Origin: a virus
Taxonomy: Duplodnaviria > Caudoviricetes
Reading direction: 5' to 3' (one strand)
DNA: 39,040 nt
IMG/VR virus record: IMGVR_UViG_3300048598_000487
Coordinates: 1 to 39,040 of that record
The position numbers and the translations under genes were made by a program. Under the pieces are notes generated by a model. The model searched no databases and was not told the origin of the DNA. It saw only the letters and a program-made list of their open reading frames with translations. The stretch's first letter is position 1, and each line of letters begins with the position of its first letter. Below are positions 17,005-26,902 of the stretch, piece by piece.

Positions 17005-18413
17005 CCGCCGAGGCGCTCCCCAGGTGCAATACAGGGGACGACACCCTCGGTCAGCCAGCGAATGGGCACCTAACATTATCTCCCAGTCTCGACAGGCTGA
17101 GGAAGGCTATCGACCCTGCGTTTTGGGCGCGCGAGGAGCTGGGCTTTGAACCAGACCCTTGGCAGGTCGACGCCCTGCGCGCCGACGACCGCGAGGTCAT
17201 CTTTCTTTGCTGCCGGCAGAGCGGGAAAAGCACTACCGCGGCCATCAAAGCAGCCCACCGCGCCGTCTGTCGTCCCGGCTCGATGATCATCCTCATCTCT
17301 CCCACGCTGCGGCAGTCCATCGAGTTGTTCGACAAGGTGCGCACCGGGGTGATCGCCAAGCTCAAGGACCCTCCCAAGTTGGTGGAGGACAACAAGACCT
17401 CCCTGCGCCTGGAGAACGGATCGCGCATCGTGGCCCTGCCGGCCAGCCCGGACACCGTGGTGTGCTACTCGGCTGTCGACCTGCTGATCAAGGACGAATC
17501 GGCCCGGTGCCCCCCGGACATCGACGAGGCGGTCCTGCCCATGCTGGCCACGACCAATGGGCAGTATATCCAGCTGTCGACCCCCAAGGGCAAGCGCAAC
17601 AAATTCTATCACGACTGGATCGAGAGCAAGGCCCGCAAGTTCAAGGTCATCGCCGACGACGTGCCGCGCATCACCAAAGCCTTCCTGGCCAAAATGAAGG
17701 CCAAGCTCGGCTCCAGGAAGTACGGCCAGGAGTTCCTGTGCGAGTTCCTGGAGGAGCAAGAGGGTGACCAGTTCAAGCGCGAGTGGTTCGCCGACAAGTA
17801 CGTCCTCGACCACCCGCCCGGCGCTCGCGCGGTGCGCTTCTGGGACAAGGCGGCGACCGAGGTACGCAAGAACGACAAGGGGAAGGAGGAGAACGACCCC
17901 GACTGGACCGCGGGGGTCAAGATGTGCGAAAAGGACGGGCAGTTCTGGGTCATCGACGTGCGGCGTGACCGGCGCAGTCCCAAGGGTAACGAGGACTTGA
18001 TCAAGGATACCGCAGCGAGCGATGGCTACACCGTCGCAGTGCGCATGGAGGAGGAGGGCGGGTCCAGCGGTAAGGACACCTCCGATCGCTACCAGCGCAG
18101 CGTGCTCAAGGGCTACAACTTCAAAGGCATCCGCAGCACCGGTTCCAAGGTCGAACGGGCCGAGGCGTTCTCGGCCGCTTGCGAGGCCGGGAACGTGTTC
18201 ATCGTCCGGGGGAAGTGGGACTACAACGGCTTCGTCGATCGCCTTTGCTCCTTCCCGAGCGTCGATGTTCACGATGACGAGGTGGACGCCGCGGCAGGTG
18301 CGTTCAACGAGCTGGCACGGACCGACCGCGGGTACGAGCCGTCAGAGGAGGATGCCTGCGGCGGGAGCCGCATACCGGACGAGCTGATGGAGGACTACGA
18401 TGGCATATTTTGA
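17001..18413 (+). CDS. terL: Terminase large subunit
   Basis: PWQ, Walker A RQSGKS, Walker B LLIKDE, STPKG, QEFLCEF, nuclease WDKA..DWTAG..HDDEVDA. Confidence 0.95.
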   Translation: MTAEALPRCNTGDDTLGQPANGHLTLSPSLDRLRKAIDPAFWAREELGFEPDPWQVDALRADDREVIFLCCRQSGKSTTAAIKAAHRAVCRPGSMIILISPTLRQSIELFDKVRTGVIAKLKDPPKLVEDNKTSLRLENGSRIVALPASPDTVVCYSAVDLLIKDESARCPPDIDEAVLPMLATTNGQYIQLSTPKGKRNKFYHDWIESKARKFKVIADDVPRITKAFLAKMKAKLGSRKYGQEFLCEFLEEQEGDQFKREWFADKYVLDHPPGARAVRFWDKAATEVRKNDKGKEENDPDWTAGVKMCEKDGQFWVIDVRRDRRSPKGNEDLIKDTAASDGYTVAVRMEEEGGSSGKDTSDRYQRSVLKGYNFKGIRSTGSKVERAEAFSAACEAGNVFIVRGKWDYNGFVDRLCSFPSVDVHDDEVDAAAGAFNELARTDRGYEPSEEDACGGSRIPDELMEDYDGIF

Positions 18414-18427
18414 GGAGAGGTGAGGAC

Positions 18428-19768
18428 ATGGCCGAAGCGAAAGCACAAGAGACGACGGAAGAGGGGGACCTGTACGTCTGGTCCACCGGGCACTACTACG
18501 CGAAGCCGCACATCGACGCCAAGAAGATCATGGACACCAGGCGTAATTACGCGGTCAAGGGGAACGTCAAGAAGCTGAAATCGACGCTGTTCGCCGACAA
18601 GTACACGCTGGAGATCCTGGACCCGGAGCGAGAGCCGGACGTGGAGCTGTCCGCCCGGCTGATGAATATGTTCGAGGCGGCGGGCGTGCGGCTGTGGAAC
18701 CGCATGCAGCTGGCCTACGATGACGATCTGACCTGGGACATCTCGATCATGAACCAGGTGTGGGAGTGGGTGGACAACGAGTACGTCCTCACCCGGCTGC
18801 GCCGGCTCTCGCCGCGCAACTTCGAGAACGTGCCATCCGGAGGCGGGTACCGGGCCTCGGCCGACATCCTGCAGGGCATCTGCCTCAATGAGAAGGGGGA
18901 GATGGAATACTGGCACGACAACGGCTCGTTCCGGCCGGGCTCGAAGAAGCAGCTGGACCCCAAGAACCTGTTCATCGTCCGCGATCCGCAAAGCACCGAG
19001 CTGCCGGGCGACAGCGACGTGGCCACCCTCGCGCCGGTGGTGACGCGCTTGAACTTCGCGCAGGTCGCTCTCGGGCAGCTGCTCAACCGCGTCGGCTCCC
19101 CGACGATCTTCATCAAGATCACCGACCCCCAGAAAGGCGACAAGGAGTACGCCGACAAGCTGCTCAAGAACTGGGGCAAGGACAGCGTGTTCCAGCTGCG
19201 CTCGAACATGGAGCCGATCGATCTCAAGATCCAGGACAACGGCACTGCCCTGCGCGCCGTGGACAAGTACGAGGGCATCATCAAGGAGTATTTCAAGCCG
19301 TCCTCCCTGCTGCAGCGGGAGGGCGCCACCATCGGCGGCAACGCCGCGGCCGAGGCCGACCTGTACAGCCAGTACGCCCGCGGGGTGTACACCTACATCG
19401 AGGACGCCTTCGAGGTCCTGCCGCAGATCTACCTCGAGGCCAACGGCTTCGAGGGCTACACCGCACAGTTCCACATCGGCAAGCAGGCCGCCAGCATTGA
19501 CTACATCAACACGCGCATCGCCGAGGTCGGGACTACCACCAGGACGATGACCGTCAACGAGGTGCGCGGCGAGCTGGGCAAGCCAGCGATGACGCCGGAG
19601 CAGATCGCGGCGATGGCCGAGGAGTGGGACCTGGTGGCCCCGGCCGCCGCGCCCGTCGACCCCTACGCCATGATCAACGCCGAGCCCACCTCCAACGCCA
19701 AGGCGCTCGAGCGCGAACTGCGCAAGGCCGGCGACCGCGCCTTGGAGGACATCGTCAAGGAGCTGTGA
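18428..19768 (+). CDS. Portal protein
   Basis: Position after terL, ~446 aa, C-terminal MTVNEVRGELG motif; GAGGTGA RBS. Confidence 0.85.
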   Translation: MAEAKAQETTEEGDLYVWSTGHYYAKPHIDAKKIMDTRRNYAVKGNVKKLKSTLFADKYTLEILDPEREPDVELSARLMNMFEAAGVRLWNRMQLAYDDDLTWDISIMNQVWEWVDNEYVLTRLRRLSPRNFENVPSGGGYRASADILQGICLNEKGEMEYWHDNGSFRPGSKKQLDPKNLFIVRDPQSTELPGDSDVATLAPVVTRLNFAQVALGQLLNRVGSPTIFIKITDPQKGDKEYADKLLKNWGKDSVFQLRSNMEPIDLKIQDNGTALRAVDKYEGIIKEYFKPSSLLQREGATIGGNAAAEADLYSQYARGVYTYIEDAFEVLPQIYLEANGFEGYTAQFHIGKQAASIDYINTRIAEVGTTTRTMTVNEVRGELGKPAMTPEQIAAMAEEWDLVAPAAAPVDPYAMINAEPTSNAKALERELRKAGDRALEDIVKEL

Positions 19769-19769
19769 C

Positions 19770-20441
19770 ATGGACCCCAAGCTGCTGGCCCAGGTGATGG
19801 CAGCGCTGAACACCTGGTTCGCGTCTATGGCCGCATCGCTCACCGACAATGCGCGCACCTCCTACGCTGAGGGGGCTAAGGCCGCCGACCGCGAGGTGCG
19901 CATACGACTCGGCAGCAGCGCGTACTCCGAGGCTGCGGCGAACTATGCGAAAGAGTACGGCCGCAAGCTGGTCGAGGACGGCGGCTCGGAGGTGTTCGAC
20001 AAGGAGGCTGGCAAATACGTCTTCAAGCCCTGGTACTCGGACTCCAGCGAGGAGACGCGATCGCGCGTGGTGGAGATCATCGAGCAGGGCATCAAGGACG
20101 GCAAGCCCGCGGGAACTAAGGAGCGCAAGAAGGGCGGGTACACCGACGGCTCGATCGCCAAGGACCTGGAGGAGTATTTCGACGAGCGGCGATCGCACGC
20201 CTCGACCGTTGCGCACACTGAGAAGGCCAACATCACCAACGCTTCGCGCCTGGAGCAGCTGCAGCGCCGCGGGGTGCGCGAAGTCGACGTGTACGACGGG
20301 ACCGATGACGACGACGAGTGCCGCGCCGCCAACGGCTCGCGGTGGCCGATCGAGTACGCGCTCGAACATCGTCTGCAGCACCCCAACTGCACCCGGCGGT
20401 TCCGCGCAGTGCTCGACGGCGCCACCATCCGGAGGGGATGA
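19770..20441 (+). CDS. Head morphogenesis protein (SPP1 gp7/Mu F-like)
   Basis: VAHTE, C..ANG, HPNCTR motifs. Confidence 0.85.
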   Translation: MDPKLLAQVMAALNTWFASMAASLTDNARTSYAEGAKAADREVRIRLGSSAYSEAAANYAKEYGRKLVEDGGSEVFDKEAGKYVFKPWYSDSSEETRSRVVEIIEQGIKDGKPAGTKERKKGGYTDGSIAKDLEEYFDERRSHASTVAHTEKANITNASRLEQLQRRGVREVDVYDGTDDDDECRAANGSRWPIEYALEHRLQHPNCTRRFRAVLDGATIRRG

Positions 20442-20609
20442 ATGCCGTCCGGTCGTGACCTTTCCCAGCGGGAGATCTCCGAGATCCTGCGGCGGAATGC
20501 CGGAGGGGAGTGGCCGGCGCAGATCGCCAAGCGCATGGGACTTTGCCATAAGACCGTGGTCAAGGTCATCAGCGGGGCCAGGAATTCAGATAAATCATCC
20601 CCCCGCTGA
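20442..20609 (+). CDS. 55-aa helix-turn-helix protein (not in ORF track)
   Basis: MPSGRDLSQREISEILRRNAGGEWPAQIAKRMGLCHKTVVKVI; GGAGGGG RBS. Confidence 0.7.
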   Translation: MPSGRDLSQREISEILRRNAGGEWPAQIAKRMGLCHKTVVKVISGARNSDKSSPR

Positions 20610-20616
20610 GACCCTT

Positions 20617-21840
20617 GTGCCCTACTCGACGATAGCCGAACTGCCAGAGGTCGTGAGGATGGCCCTGACGGAGGAAGCGCAGGAGATCTTCCTCGCGGCG
20701 CACAGTGCGGTCGTGGCGAGGAACCCTGGCGACGAGTCTTGGGCCATGCGCGCCGGATGGGAGGCGGTCGGCCGGCAGTTCAAGAAGGGCTCCGAAGGAA
20801 AGTGGCACGCCATCCTCGAGAACAAGGGCGGGATGCGCGCGCTGTACTCCAAGGCCGAGCACCTCAACGCCAAGCACGACACCATCCTCCAGACGCTGGA
20901 CCGCAGGGTGGGCGAGACCTTCTTCGACGCCTCGGAGTTCGCCAAGTCGGTGGACGCCTGGAAGGGCGTGCCGCTGATCTATGTGCCCAAGGGCATGGGG
21001 CACCCCGACCTCGACGCTTTCGACGAGGACCCCGAGGCCGCACTGGCCAAGGTGAAGGGGCAGATCGTCGGAGAGGTCAGCGGGCCGAAGATCTCCAAGG
21101 CCGGGCATCCCCGCCTGCTCGCGGACCCCGAGTTCGCGGACGCGAGCATGGACCAGCTGATCGAGGACGGAGTCCTGTCGCTCAGCACCGCGTTCCGGGC
21201 GCCAGTCAAGGACGGCCACCTGGCCGGACCCCCGCAGCCCCATCACGTCCTGGTCTTCGAGGAGGACGAGGAGAACCAGCCCAAGGACCAGGGCAGCGGA
21301 TTTCTCAACAAAGAGGGGACCATGAACGCCGACGACAAGGGACACTTCGAGTGGCTCAGGATGAAGCTCGGTTTCGCCGCGGGCGGGACCAGTGACCAGA
21401 GGAAAGAGGACGAGGAAATGGCAGACAAGGAACTGGAGCAGAAGCTCGCCGCGGCAACCACGGAGGCCGCCGACCTGAAGAACAGGCTGGCGGCCAAGGA
21501 GACCGAGCTCACGAACAAGGGCGAGCAGCTGAAGGCGAAGGACGACGAGATCACCGCGCTCAAGGCCAAGCTGGCGAGCTTCGAGCAGGCCAAGCGCGAC
21601 GCGGACTGGGAAGCGATCAAGAGCAAGCTGCCCAAGGGCATGGTGCACAAGGCCGAGGACGAGGCCGCCTCCAGGAAGATGTTCGAGGAGCAGCCGGCCG
21701 TGTTCGCGCAGAAGGTGCTGGACCTCAAGATGAAGGGCGCCACCTCCCTGGAGGGCGAAGAGCACCAGGGCGATGCGCAGTTCGAGAGCGGACCCGGCGC
21801 GTGGGACGCCAAGAACAAGACTTTCAAGGAGCTGAGCTGA
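20617..21840 (+). CDS. ChaB domain - prohead protease - scaffold fusion
   Basis: GTG start: PYSTIAELPEVVR...AQEIFLAA...GWEAVGRQFKK..GKW (ChaB); WKGVPL...GHP...LSLSTAF...HHVL (protease-like); coiled-coil C-terminus. Confidence 0.8.
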   Translation: MPYSTIAELPEVVRMALTEEAQEIFLAAHSAVVARNPGDESWAMRAGWEAVGRQFKKGSEGKWHAILENKGGMRALYSKAEHLNAKHDTILQTLDRRVGETFFDASEFAKSVDAWKGVPLIYVPKGMGHPDLDAFDEDPEAALAKVKGQIVGEVSGPKISKAGHPRLLADPEFADASMDQLIEDGVLSLSTAFRAPVKDGHLAGPPQPHHVLVFEEDEENQPKDQGSGFLNKEGTMNADDKGHFEWLRMKLGFAAGGTSDQRKEDEEMADKELEQKLAAATTEAADLKNRLAAKETELTNKGEQLKAKDDEITALKAKLASFEQAKRDADWEAIKSKLPKGMVHKAEDEAASRKMFEEQPAVFAQKVLDLKMKGATSLEGEEHQGDAQFESGPGAWDAKNKTFKELS

Positions 21841-21841
21841 A

Positions 21842-22729
21842 ATGGTCGACACCGGATATCCGGCACCTGCCGGCAAGATCGTGGTCAGGGGCGAGCCCCC
21901 CATCCGCATTAACAAGAATATCGGCGTGGCCACCGAGATGTACCCCGGCCGCCTGACCGTAAGGGAGCTGACCGACTACGACATCAAGGTCGGGGACGGC
22001 ATTCTGCCGCCCATCGGCTTCCTGGAGTTCGAGCGCTCGCCATTGAGCACCAGGCCGGCGAACATCGACAGCATCTACACCGTCGACACCGAGGCCGCCG
22101 TGATCAAGGGCGGAGGTTACGCTATCAGAGGCAAGCTCGCCAAGGGTTTCGTCGCTCTCGAGGGAGACGACCTGTTCTCCTGGGGCAAGGGCATGGTCGC
22201 TCCGGGCTGCTTCATCAAGGGCATGCCCGCGATCAAGGTGCCCTTCACCAAGAAGACCTCGGTCGAGGACACCAACGTCGACATCCCGGCGCACGTGCTG
22301 ATCCACGATGTGGCGGTGTACGTCGCCGTTAACGATGCCAGCGGAACGATCGACGTGGGGTTCGAGAACGCCACCGAGTCCGGTGACCTGGACGGGCTGC
22401 TCGACGGCGAGTCCTGCGCCTCGGTCGGATGGACCGAGCACAACCTGGTCGACGCCACCGACGCCAACAACACCCTGGGCGCCCTGCTCTACGAGGTCGC
22501 CATCAAGGACGCCACCGGAACCCCGGTCTACTACCGGGTCCCCAAGATGCCCGGTTACGAGACCGACGGGACGATCAAGAGCCTGGTCTACACGACCTCC
22601 AACCACACGATCTCGGGCGATCTCTACCTGATGGTCTCCAGCCCCGGCATCGTCAAGGTCGGCAAGGCCGGAGCGGGAGTGAGCGCGATAGCGGCGGACG
22701 CGGACATCATCATCGAGGCGGTGATCTAG
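21842..22729 (+). CDS. Head decoration/capsid-associated protein (putative)
   Basis: Between scaffold and capsid genes; beta-rich. Confidence 0.6.
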   Translation: MVDTGYPAPAGKIVVRGEPPIRINKNIGVATEMYPGRLTVRELTDYDIKVGDGILPPIGFLEFERSPLSTRPANIDSIYTVDTEAAVIKGGGYAIRGKLAKGFVALEGDDLFSWGKGMVAPGCFIKGMPAIKVPFTKKTSVEDTNVDIPAHVLIHDVAVYVAVNDASGTIDVGFENATESGDLDGLLDGESCASVGWTEHNLVDATDANNTLGALLYEVAIKDATGTPVYYRVPKMPGYETDGTIKSLVYTTSNHTISGDLYLMVSSPGIVKVGKAGAGVSAIAADADIIIEAVI

Positions 22730-22730
22730 A

Positions 22731-23606
22731 ATGGCAACAGCATGGGAATCAGCAGCTAGGTATCTGGACGGTCAGATGAAGGAGCCTGCGCGGCAGGCCA
22801 TTGTAGCGAGGCCGCTCTTCGCCAAGACCGTGCGCATCCCCAAGGGGAAGATGTCCATCGACTACGACAAGATCGGGGAGATGGGTGAGGCGGAGATATC
22901 CTACGAGTACGCCAACGACGGCTCGGAGGATATGATCACCGCGACCGAGGCCACCATCAGGATGGCGGTCATCCAGAAGAAGTACAAGATCCCCAAGGGG
23001 GTCATGGACGCCTACGCTTCCGAGGGCAAGCCGATCGGCACCGCCGCCATGATGAGCGCGATGCACGTCGTGGCCACCAAAGAGGACACCCTGCTCATCC
23101 AGGGCTGGAAGCCCGACGGCAGCGCCTACAAGATCAAGGGGCTGTACCAGGGGGCGACCAACACCACCCCCGGCGCCGACTTCGGCACCTACGGCAACGC
23201 GATCATCTCGGTGACCAACGCGCTGTCGGAGATGACGGTCGACAAGATCAACGGGGTGAACTTCAACCTGGTCCTGAACCCGGTGCAGTACGCCCAGCTC
23301 TCGGCCAGCGCGGCGGTCGGCTATGTCGACGAGTGGGATCGGGTCATGAAGCTCCTGAACAAGAAGCCGAACGGCTACCCCGGCATGATCCTGGAGTCCA
23401 ACGACATCGTCGCCGGCACCGGCATGGTGAGCGCGGTCGACCCCACCGGCAACCTGTTCGACCTGGCCATCATGCAGGACATGTCCAACGATCTGGGCAT
23501 AGACTCCAAGAGCCCCAACACCTCCGACACCTATGGCAAGGTCTACGAGGTAGTGGTCCCGCGGATCGTCAACGGTGATGCGATCACCACCCTGACCGCT
23601 ATCTGA
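22731..23606 (+). CDS. Major capsid protein (HK97 fold, encapsulin/Linocin-like)
   Basis: 291 aa; ARQAIVARPLF, VATKEDTLLIQG, NLVLNPVQYAQL, EVVVPRI; strong codon bias. Confidence 0.85.
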   Translation: MATAWESAARYLDGQMKEPARQAIVARPLFAKTVRIPKGKMSIDYDKIGEMGEAEISYEYANDGSEDMITATEATIRMAVIQKKYKIPKGVMDAYASEGKPIGTAAMMSAMHVVATKEDTLLIQGWKPDGSAYKIKGLYQGATNTTPGADFGTYGNAIISVTNALSEMTVDKINGVNFNLVLNPVQYAQLSASAAVGYVDEWDRVMKLLNKKPNGYPGMILESNDIVAGTGMVSAVDPTGNLFDLAIMQDMSNDLGIDSKSPNTSDTYGKVYEVVVPRIVNGDAITTLTAI

Positions 23607-23615
23607 TCGTCCCTC

Positions 23616-23650
23616 GGCCGGGGGGAGCAAACCCGGCCATCCGATCTTTA
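23616..23650 (+). terminator. Post-capsid hairpin/terminator
   Basis: GGCCGGG...CCCGGCC stem (23616-23638) followed by TCTTTA. Confidence 0.45.
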
Positions 23651-23662
23651 TCTGGAGGGTAC

Positions 23663-24040
23663 ATGACGATCATCGAACCGGAGCTCTGCAAGCGGCAGCC
23701 GCCGCAGCAGGGACGCATTGCGAGAGAAGGACAGACCCAGGCCGACGCCGAGGCCGCTCCGTTCAACGTCGCCGACTTCGTGTTGCCGCTGTCCGGAAGC
23801 GACGGGGAGAAGGTCCTCAGCAATACTACCGTCGCCGACCTGGCGAGCGACACCGCGTGCAAGGCGGTGTTCGTGCAGAACGATCCGGACAGCGCCGGCC
23901 GGCTCAAGGTCGGGTTCAGCGCGACGCCGAAGATCAAGCTGGAGCCGGGCCAGGGCCAGTGGTTCTACGTCACCAACCTGAACAAGATCAAGGTGCAGGC
24001 CATCAGCACCGCGACCGCGAACTACTCGTACCAGGTCTGA
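23663..24040 (+). CDS. Virion accessory protein (beta-rich)
   Basis: GGAGGGT RBS; AVFVQND...LKVGF...LEPGQ jelly-roll-like pattern. Confidence 0.6.
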   Translation: MTIIEPELCKRQPPQQGRIAREGQTQADAEAAPFNVADFVLPLSGSDGEKVLSNTTVADLASDTACKAVFVQNDPDSAGRLKVGFSATPKIKLEPGQGQWFYVTNLNKIKVQAISTATANYSYQV

Positions 24041-24044
24041 GGGC

Positions 24045-26084
24045 ATGATCGCCGCCGCCGTCCTCGCCCACCGCCGCCCCGGACCCTCGAACCCCAGCGG
24101 CCTGTTCACCTGCGACACCCTGCCCGGCCTGGTGTACGCCAGCGACATGCGCGTCAACTACGGTGCCCGCACGCCGATCAGCGACGCCAACCCCACCGGG
24201 AGCAGGGTGTCGAGCACCGGCCTGGTGCTGTCGTGGGACGGGCACACCCTCCGCAACGGCAAGGCTAAGAACTTTGCCGATGGGACGGGAGTAACCGATG
24301 GCACCCTGTCCGGGGGCGTGACCGCTGGCGGGGCAACGGGCATCAGGGGGGCGGCGACGGCGCTGGACGGAGTGGACGACCAAATCCAGGGAGCTGGGCT
24401 GCCTGCTGTCGGCAGCGGTACTGTATGGGCTATATTTTCCCGCACCCGCACCGGCGTCAATGAAGGAATCATCGAACTATATGGTGCATCTCCAGTATTG
24501 AATGCGTCACCGTGGATAAGGCTTGACACATCTGGCCGCATAGCAGCCACCTTCCCAGGGGCTACGGGAATGTTAAACACCGCAGCAAACACCCTTAATT
24601 ATGACTGCCCGGTCGGTATCCACTTCGTAGAGTTCAAGTGGACTGCGACCGGCTATTCATTCGCCCTGGATGGCGTAGTGCTTGAACGTGTGATTTCTGG
24701 CTGCACATTCCCGGCTACTGGCACAAACTACGCCATCGGGCGATACTATGATACCAGGGTCCTGGGCGGGAATGTGATCGAGGCCCTGGTCTGGGGCCGT
24801 TACCTGTCAGACTCGGAATCCAGACAACAGTATGAGGACACTTTCGGCTGGGTTCGCAACACCGCCAACCCCCATTGCTTCGACATCGATGACCAGCACC
24901 CCCTCGGGACCGACCGCGTGGTCATGGGAGATGGGCAATCGCTGCTGGCAGCCTATGATATGGAGACGCTGACCGCAGCCGGACTGCTCTATGATGCCTC
25001 CGGCGGAGGCCATCATGCCACGGTAACGGGCGCGAAGTACCAGAGAGGGATGATAAAGAATGCCACGATGGCCTTCGCCGCCGCCGGGGACAACATCAAT
25101 ACCGGCATCACCGCGGACTACGCGCAGCTCACGTACATCTTCGTCATCCGGCCTACCAACTTCACCGCCGCGTACAACGTCCTCGGCAAGCTCAGCGGCG
25201 ACCAGATAACGCTCGAACAGACGACCGGCAAGCTCATCTTCGGCAGCAACGGCACGGTCAAGGCCACTAACGGACTGACCGCCGGGCAGGGCGCCATCGT
25301 CATCGTCAAGGTGGACGGCAACAACGTCAGCTTCAAGCTCAACAACGTGGCCAACGGCTCCGGGGCCGTCACCGGGCGGACGGCCAGCGCCAACCCCTAC
25401 AAGATCGGGAGCTTCGGCGGGACCGCCCTGATCGGCATGATCGGCCCGACCTTCATCATCAACGGCATCACCACCGACGCCCAGGATACCAACCTGTTCT
25501 ACGATTCTCAGAAGATGCTCGGCCTGGTCCAGGGCGGCACCTCTGACATCAACGTGCCCGGCCAGGTTGGGGCGGCGGTGGACCTGAACGGCACCTCGCA
25601 GTACATCGAGGTGCAGGACTGCCCGGCCATCCATCTTACGAGCATGAGTCTAGGGGCTTGGGTCAATAGCGACGCGACCAACCCCTGGAAAAATATTCTC
25701 TCCCGATGGGGGGGCACCATTGCTTCTGCGGCATATGGGCTCAGGCTTAATGCATCTGGAAGGCCCCAGATAGATGTTAGTGATGGGTCAAATTCTAGTA
25801 ATGTAGCTGCTGGTTCTGCCCTCGTTCAGAATAAGTGGGTTTTATTGGTTGGCACATTCGAGGGAGTCAATGGCAGACTGTACGTCAATGCTGTTGCTGA
25901 AACTCCTATCACAAATGCAATTGTACCGCAGGCCACATCAAATCCGCTAAGAATAGGCGAAATAAGCACCACGACAGGATTTGCGTTCGATGGCCTCATC
26001 GCCTGGCCGTTCGTTGCCAGCCAGGCATATTCTCAGCAGATCATCAACCGCATATTATTGGCCGGAAGAATGGCGAGGTGGTAA
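24045..26084 (+). CDS. Multi-LamG (ConA-like) head fibre/adhesin
   Basis: ALDGVDDQI, LYDASGGGHHATVTGA, DLNGTSQYI, WVLLVGTF..LYVN, FDGLI: three LamG domains. Confidence 0.85.
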   Translation: MIAAAVLAHRRPGPSNPSGLFTCDTLPGLVYASDMRVNYGARTPISDANPTGSRVSSTGLVLSWDGHTLRNGKAKNFADGTGVTDGTLSGGVTAGGATGIRGAATALDGVDDQIQGAGLPAVGSGTVWAIFSRTRTGVNEGIIELYGASPVLNASPWIRLDTSGRIAATFPGATGMLNTAANTLNYDCPVGIHFVEFKWTATGYSFALDGVVLERVISGCTFPATGTNYAIGRYYDTRVLGGNVIEALVWGRYLSDSESRQQYEDTFGWVRNTANPHCFDIDDQHPLGTDRVVMGDGQSLLAAYDMETLTAAGLLYDASGGGHHATVTGAKYQRGMIKNATMAFAAAGDNINTGITADYAQLTYIFVIRPTNFTAAYNVLGKLSGDQITLEQTTGKLIFGSNGTVKATNGLTAGQGAIVIVKVDGNNVSFKLNNVANGSGAVTGRTASANPYKIGSFGGTALIGMIGPTFIINGITTDAQDTNLFYDSQKMLGLVQGGTSDINVPGQVGAAVDLNGTSQYIEVQDCPAIHLTSMSLGAWVNSDATNPWKNILSRWGGTIASAAYGLRLNASGRPQIDVSDGSNSSNVAAGSALVQNKWVLLVGTFEGVNGRLYVNAVAETPITNAIVPQATSNPLRIGEISTTTGFAFDGLIAWPFVASQAYSQQIINRILLAGRMARW

Positions 26085-26085
26085 C

Positions 26086-26181
26086 ATGGTAATGCATCGA
26101 TTGCAGGCTGATCTATTGTGCCAGGATAAGGACGTGGCCGATAAGGAGGTCCTGCCGGTCGAGGAGGTGGTCAAGGGATGA
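26086..26181 (+). CDS. 31-aa peptide, possibly an internally deleted gene
   Basis: GAGGTGG RBS; ATGA coupling to the next gene. Confidence 0.4.
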   Translation: MVMHRLQADLLCQDKDVADKEVLPVEEVVKG

Positions 26182-26597
26182 CGGTCAGCTCGAGCGACAT
26201 CGCCTTGGAGTCTCCGTATGCGGTGAGCGATGTGGCCGGTTCTAAGTTCACCACTGCGGAGTTCGACCGGCTGTTCACCAGGGCTCAATCCCGCCTCGAT
26301 CGCGAGGCCCCGGCCAGCATGTCCTCGGACGACCGCGATCGCGCGCACCTCATGCTCATATGCCACATGCACGCCGTCAAGCTCGGCGAGGTGGGGCTGC
26401 GCAGCGAGTCCATCGGTGCGTACTCATACACCAAGGACTCCGGCACCAGCTCCTACCTCGAGGAGTACCGCGAGCTGATAAGCGCGGCGGTCGGCAGCGA
26501 CCTCACCTCCGGGAGCGGAGGAGAGAGAATCGACGCGGAGATGGATGACATGGACCTCGACCAGTCCGTGGTACCGCGGTACACGGAGGGAACATGA
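26178..26597 (+). CDS. Head-tail adaptor
   Basis: LICH...SESIGAYSYT...YLEEY motif; synteny. Confidence 0.75.
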   Translation: MTVSSSDIALESPYAVSDVAGSKFTTAEFDRLFTRAQSRLDREAPASMSSDDRDRAHLMLICHMHAVKLGEVGLRSESIGAYSYTKDSGTSSYLEEYRELISAAVGSDLTSGSGGERIDAEMDDMDLDQSVVPRYTEGT

Positions 26598-26902
26598 GCC
26601 TGGACGCGATGCTGAACCAGACGGTGCATATCGCCGCGAGGACTGCACTAGGCAAGGGCGGGAACGCGCCGACCTACGCCGCTCCGATCTCCTACCCCGC
26701 GCGCGTCGAGCGCAAGGCCAAGATGATCAGGGGCAAGGACGGCAACGATCGCGCTGCCTCGATCCGCGTGTACCTCGCCGGGGACGTCCCGGTGGACCAG
26801 TCCGACCAGCTGACCTTCGACGGCGCGGCCTACGAGATCCTGGAGATCGAGCAGCAGCCGGGGCGCTACGGCGCCATGGAACTCAAGGTGGTGTTCGCAT
26901 AG
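26594..26902 (+). CDS. Head closure protein (SPP1 gp16-like)
   Basis: QTVHI...YPARVE...DQLTFDGAAYEI. Confidence 0.75.
   Translation: MSLDAMLNQTVHIAARTALGKGGNAPTYAAPISYPARVERKAKMIRGKDGNDRAASIRVYLAGDVPVDQSDQLTFDGAAYEILEIEQQPGRYGAMELKVVFA

Noticed and set aside
11412-18413. Inteins in MCM or terminase
   Set aside because: Lengths are normal and motifs are contiguous; no intein junction motifs.
19849-20616. N-terminal 256 aa of the 663-aa track ORF
   Set aside because: Overlaps the head morphogenesis and HTH genes in other frames, with Arg/Ser-rich nonsense composition; the real start is GTG 20617.
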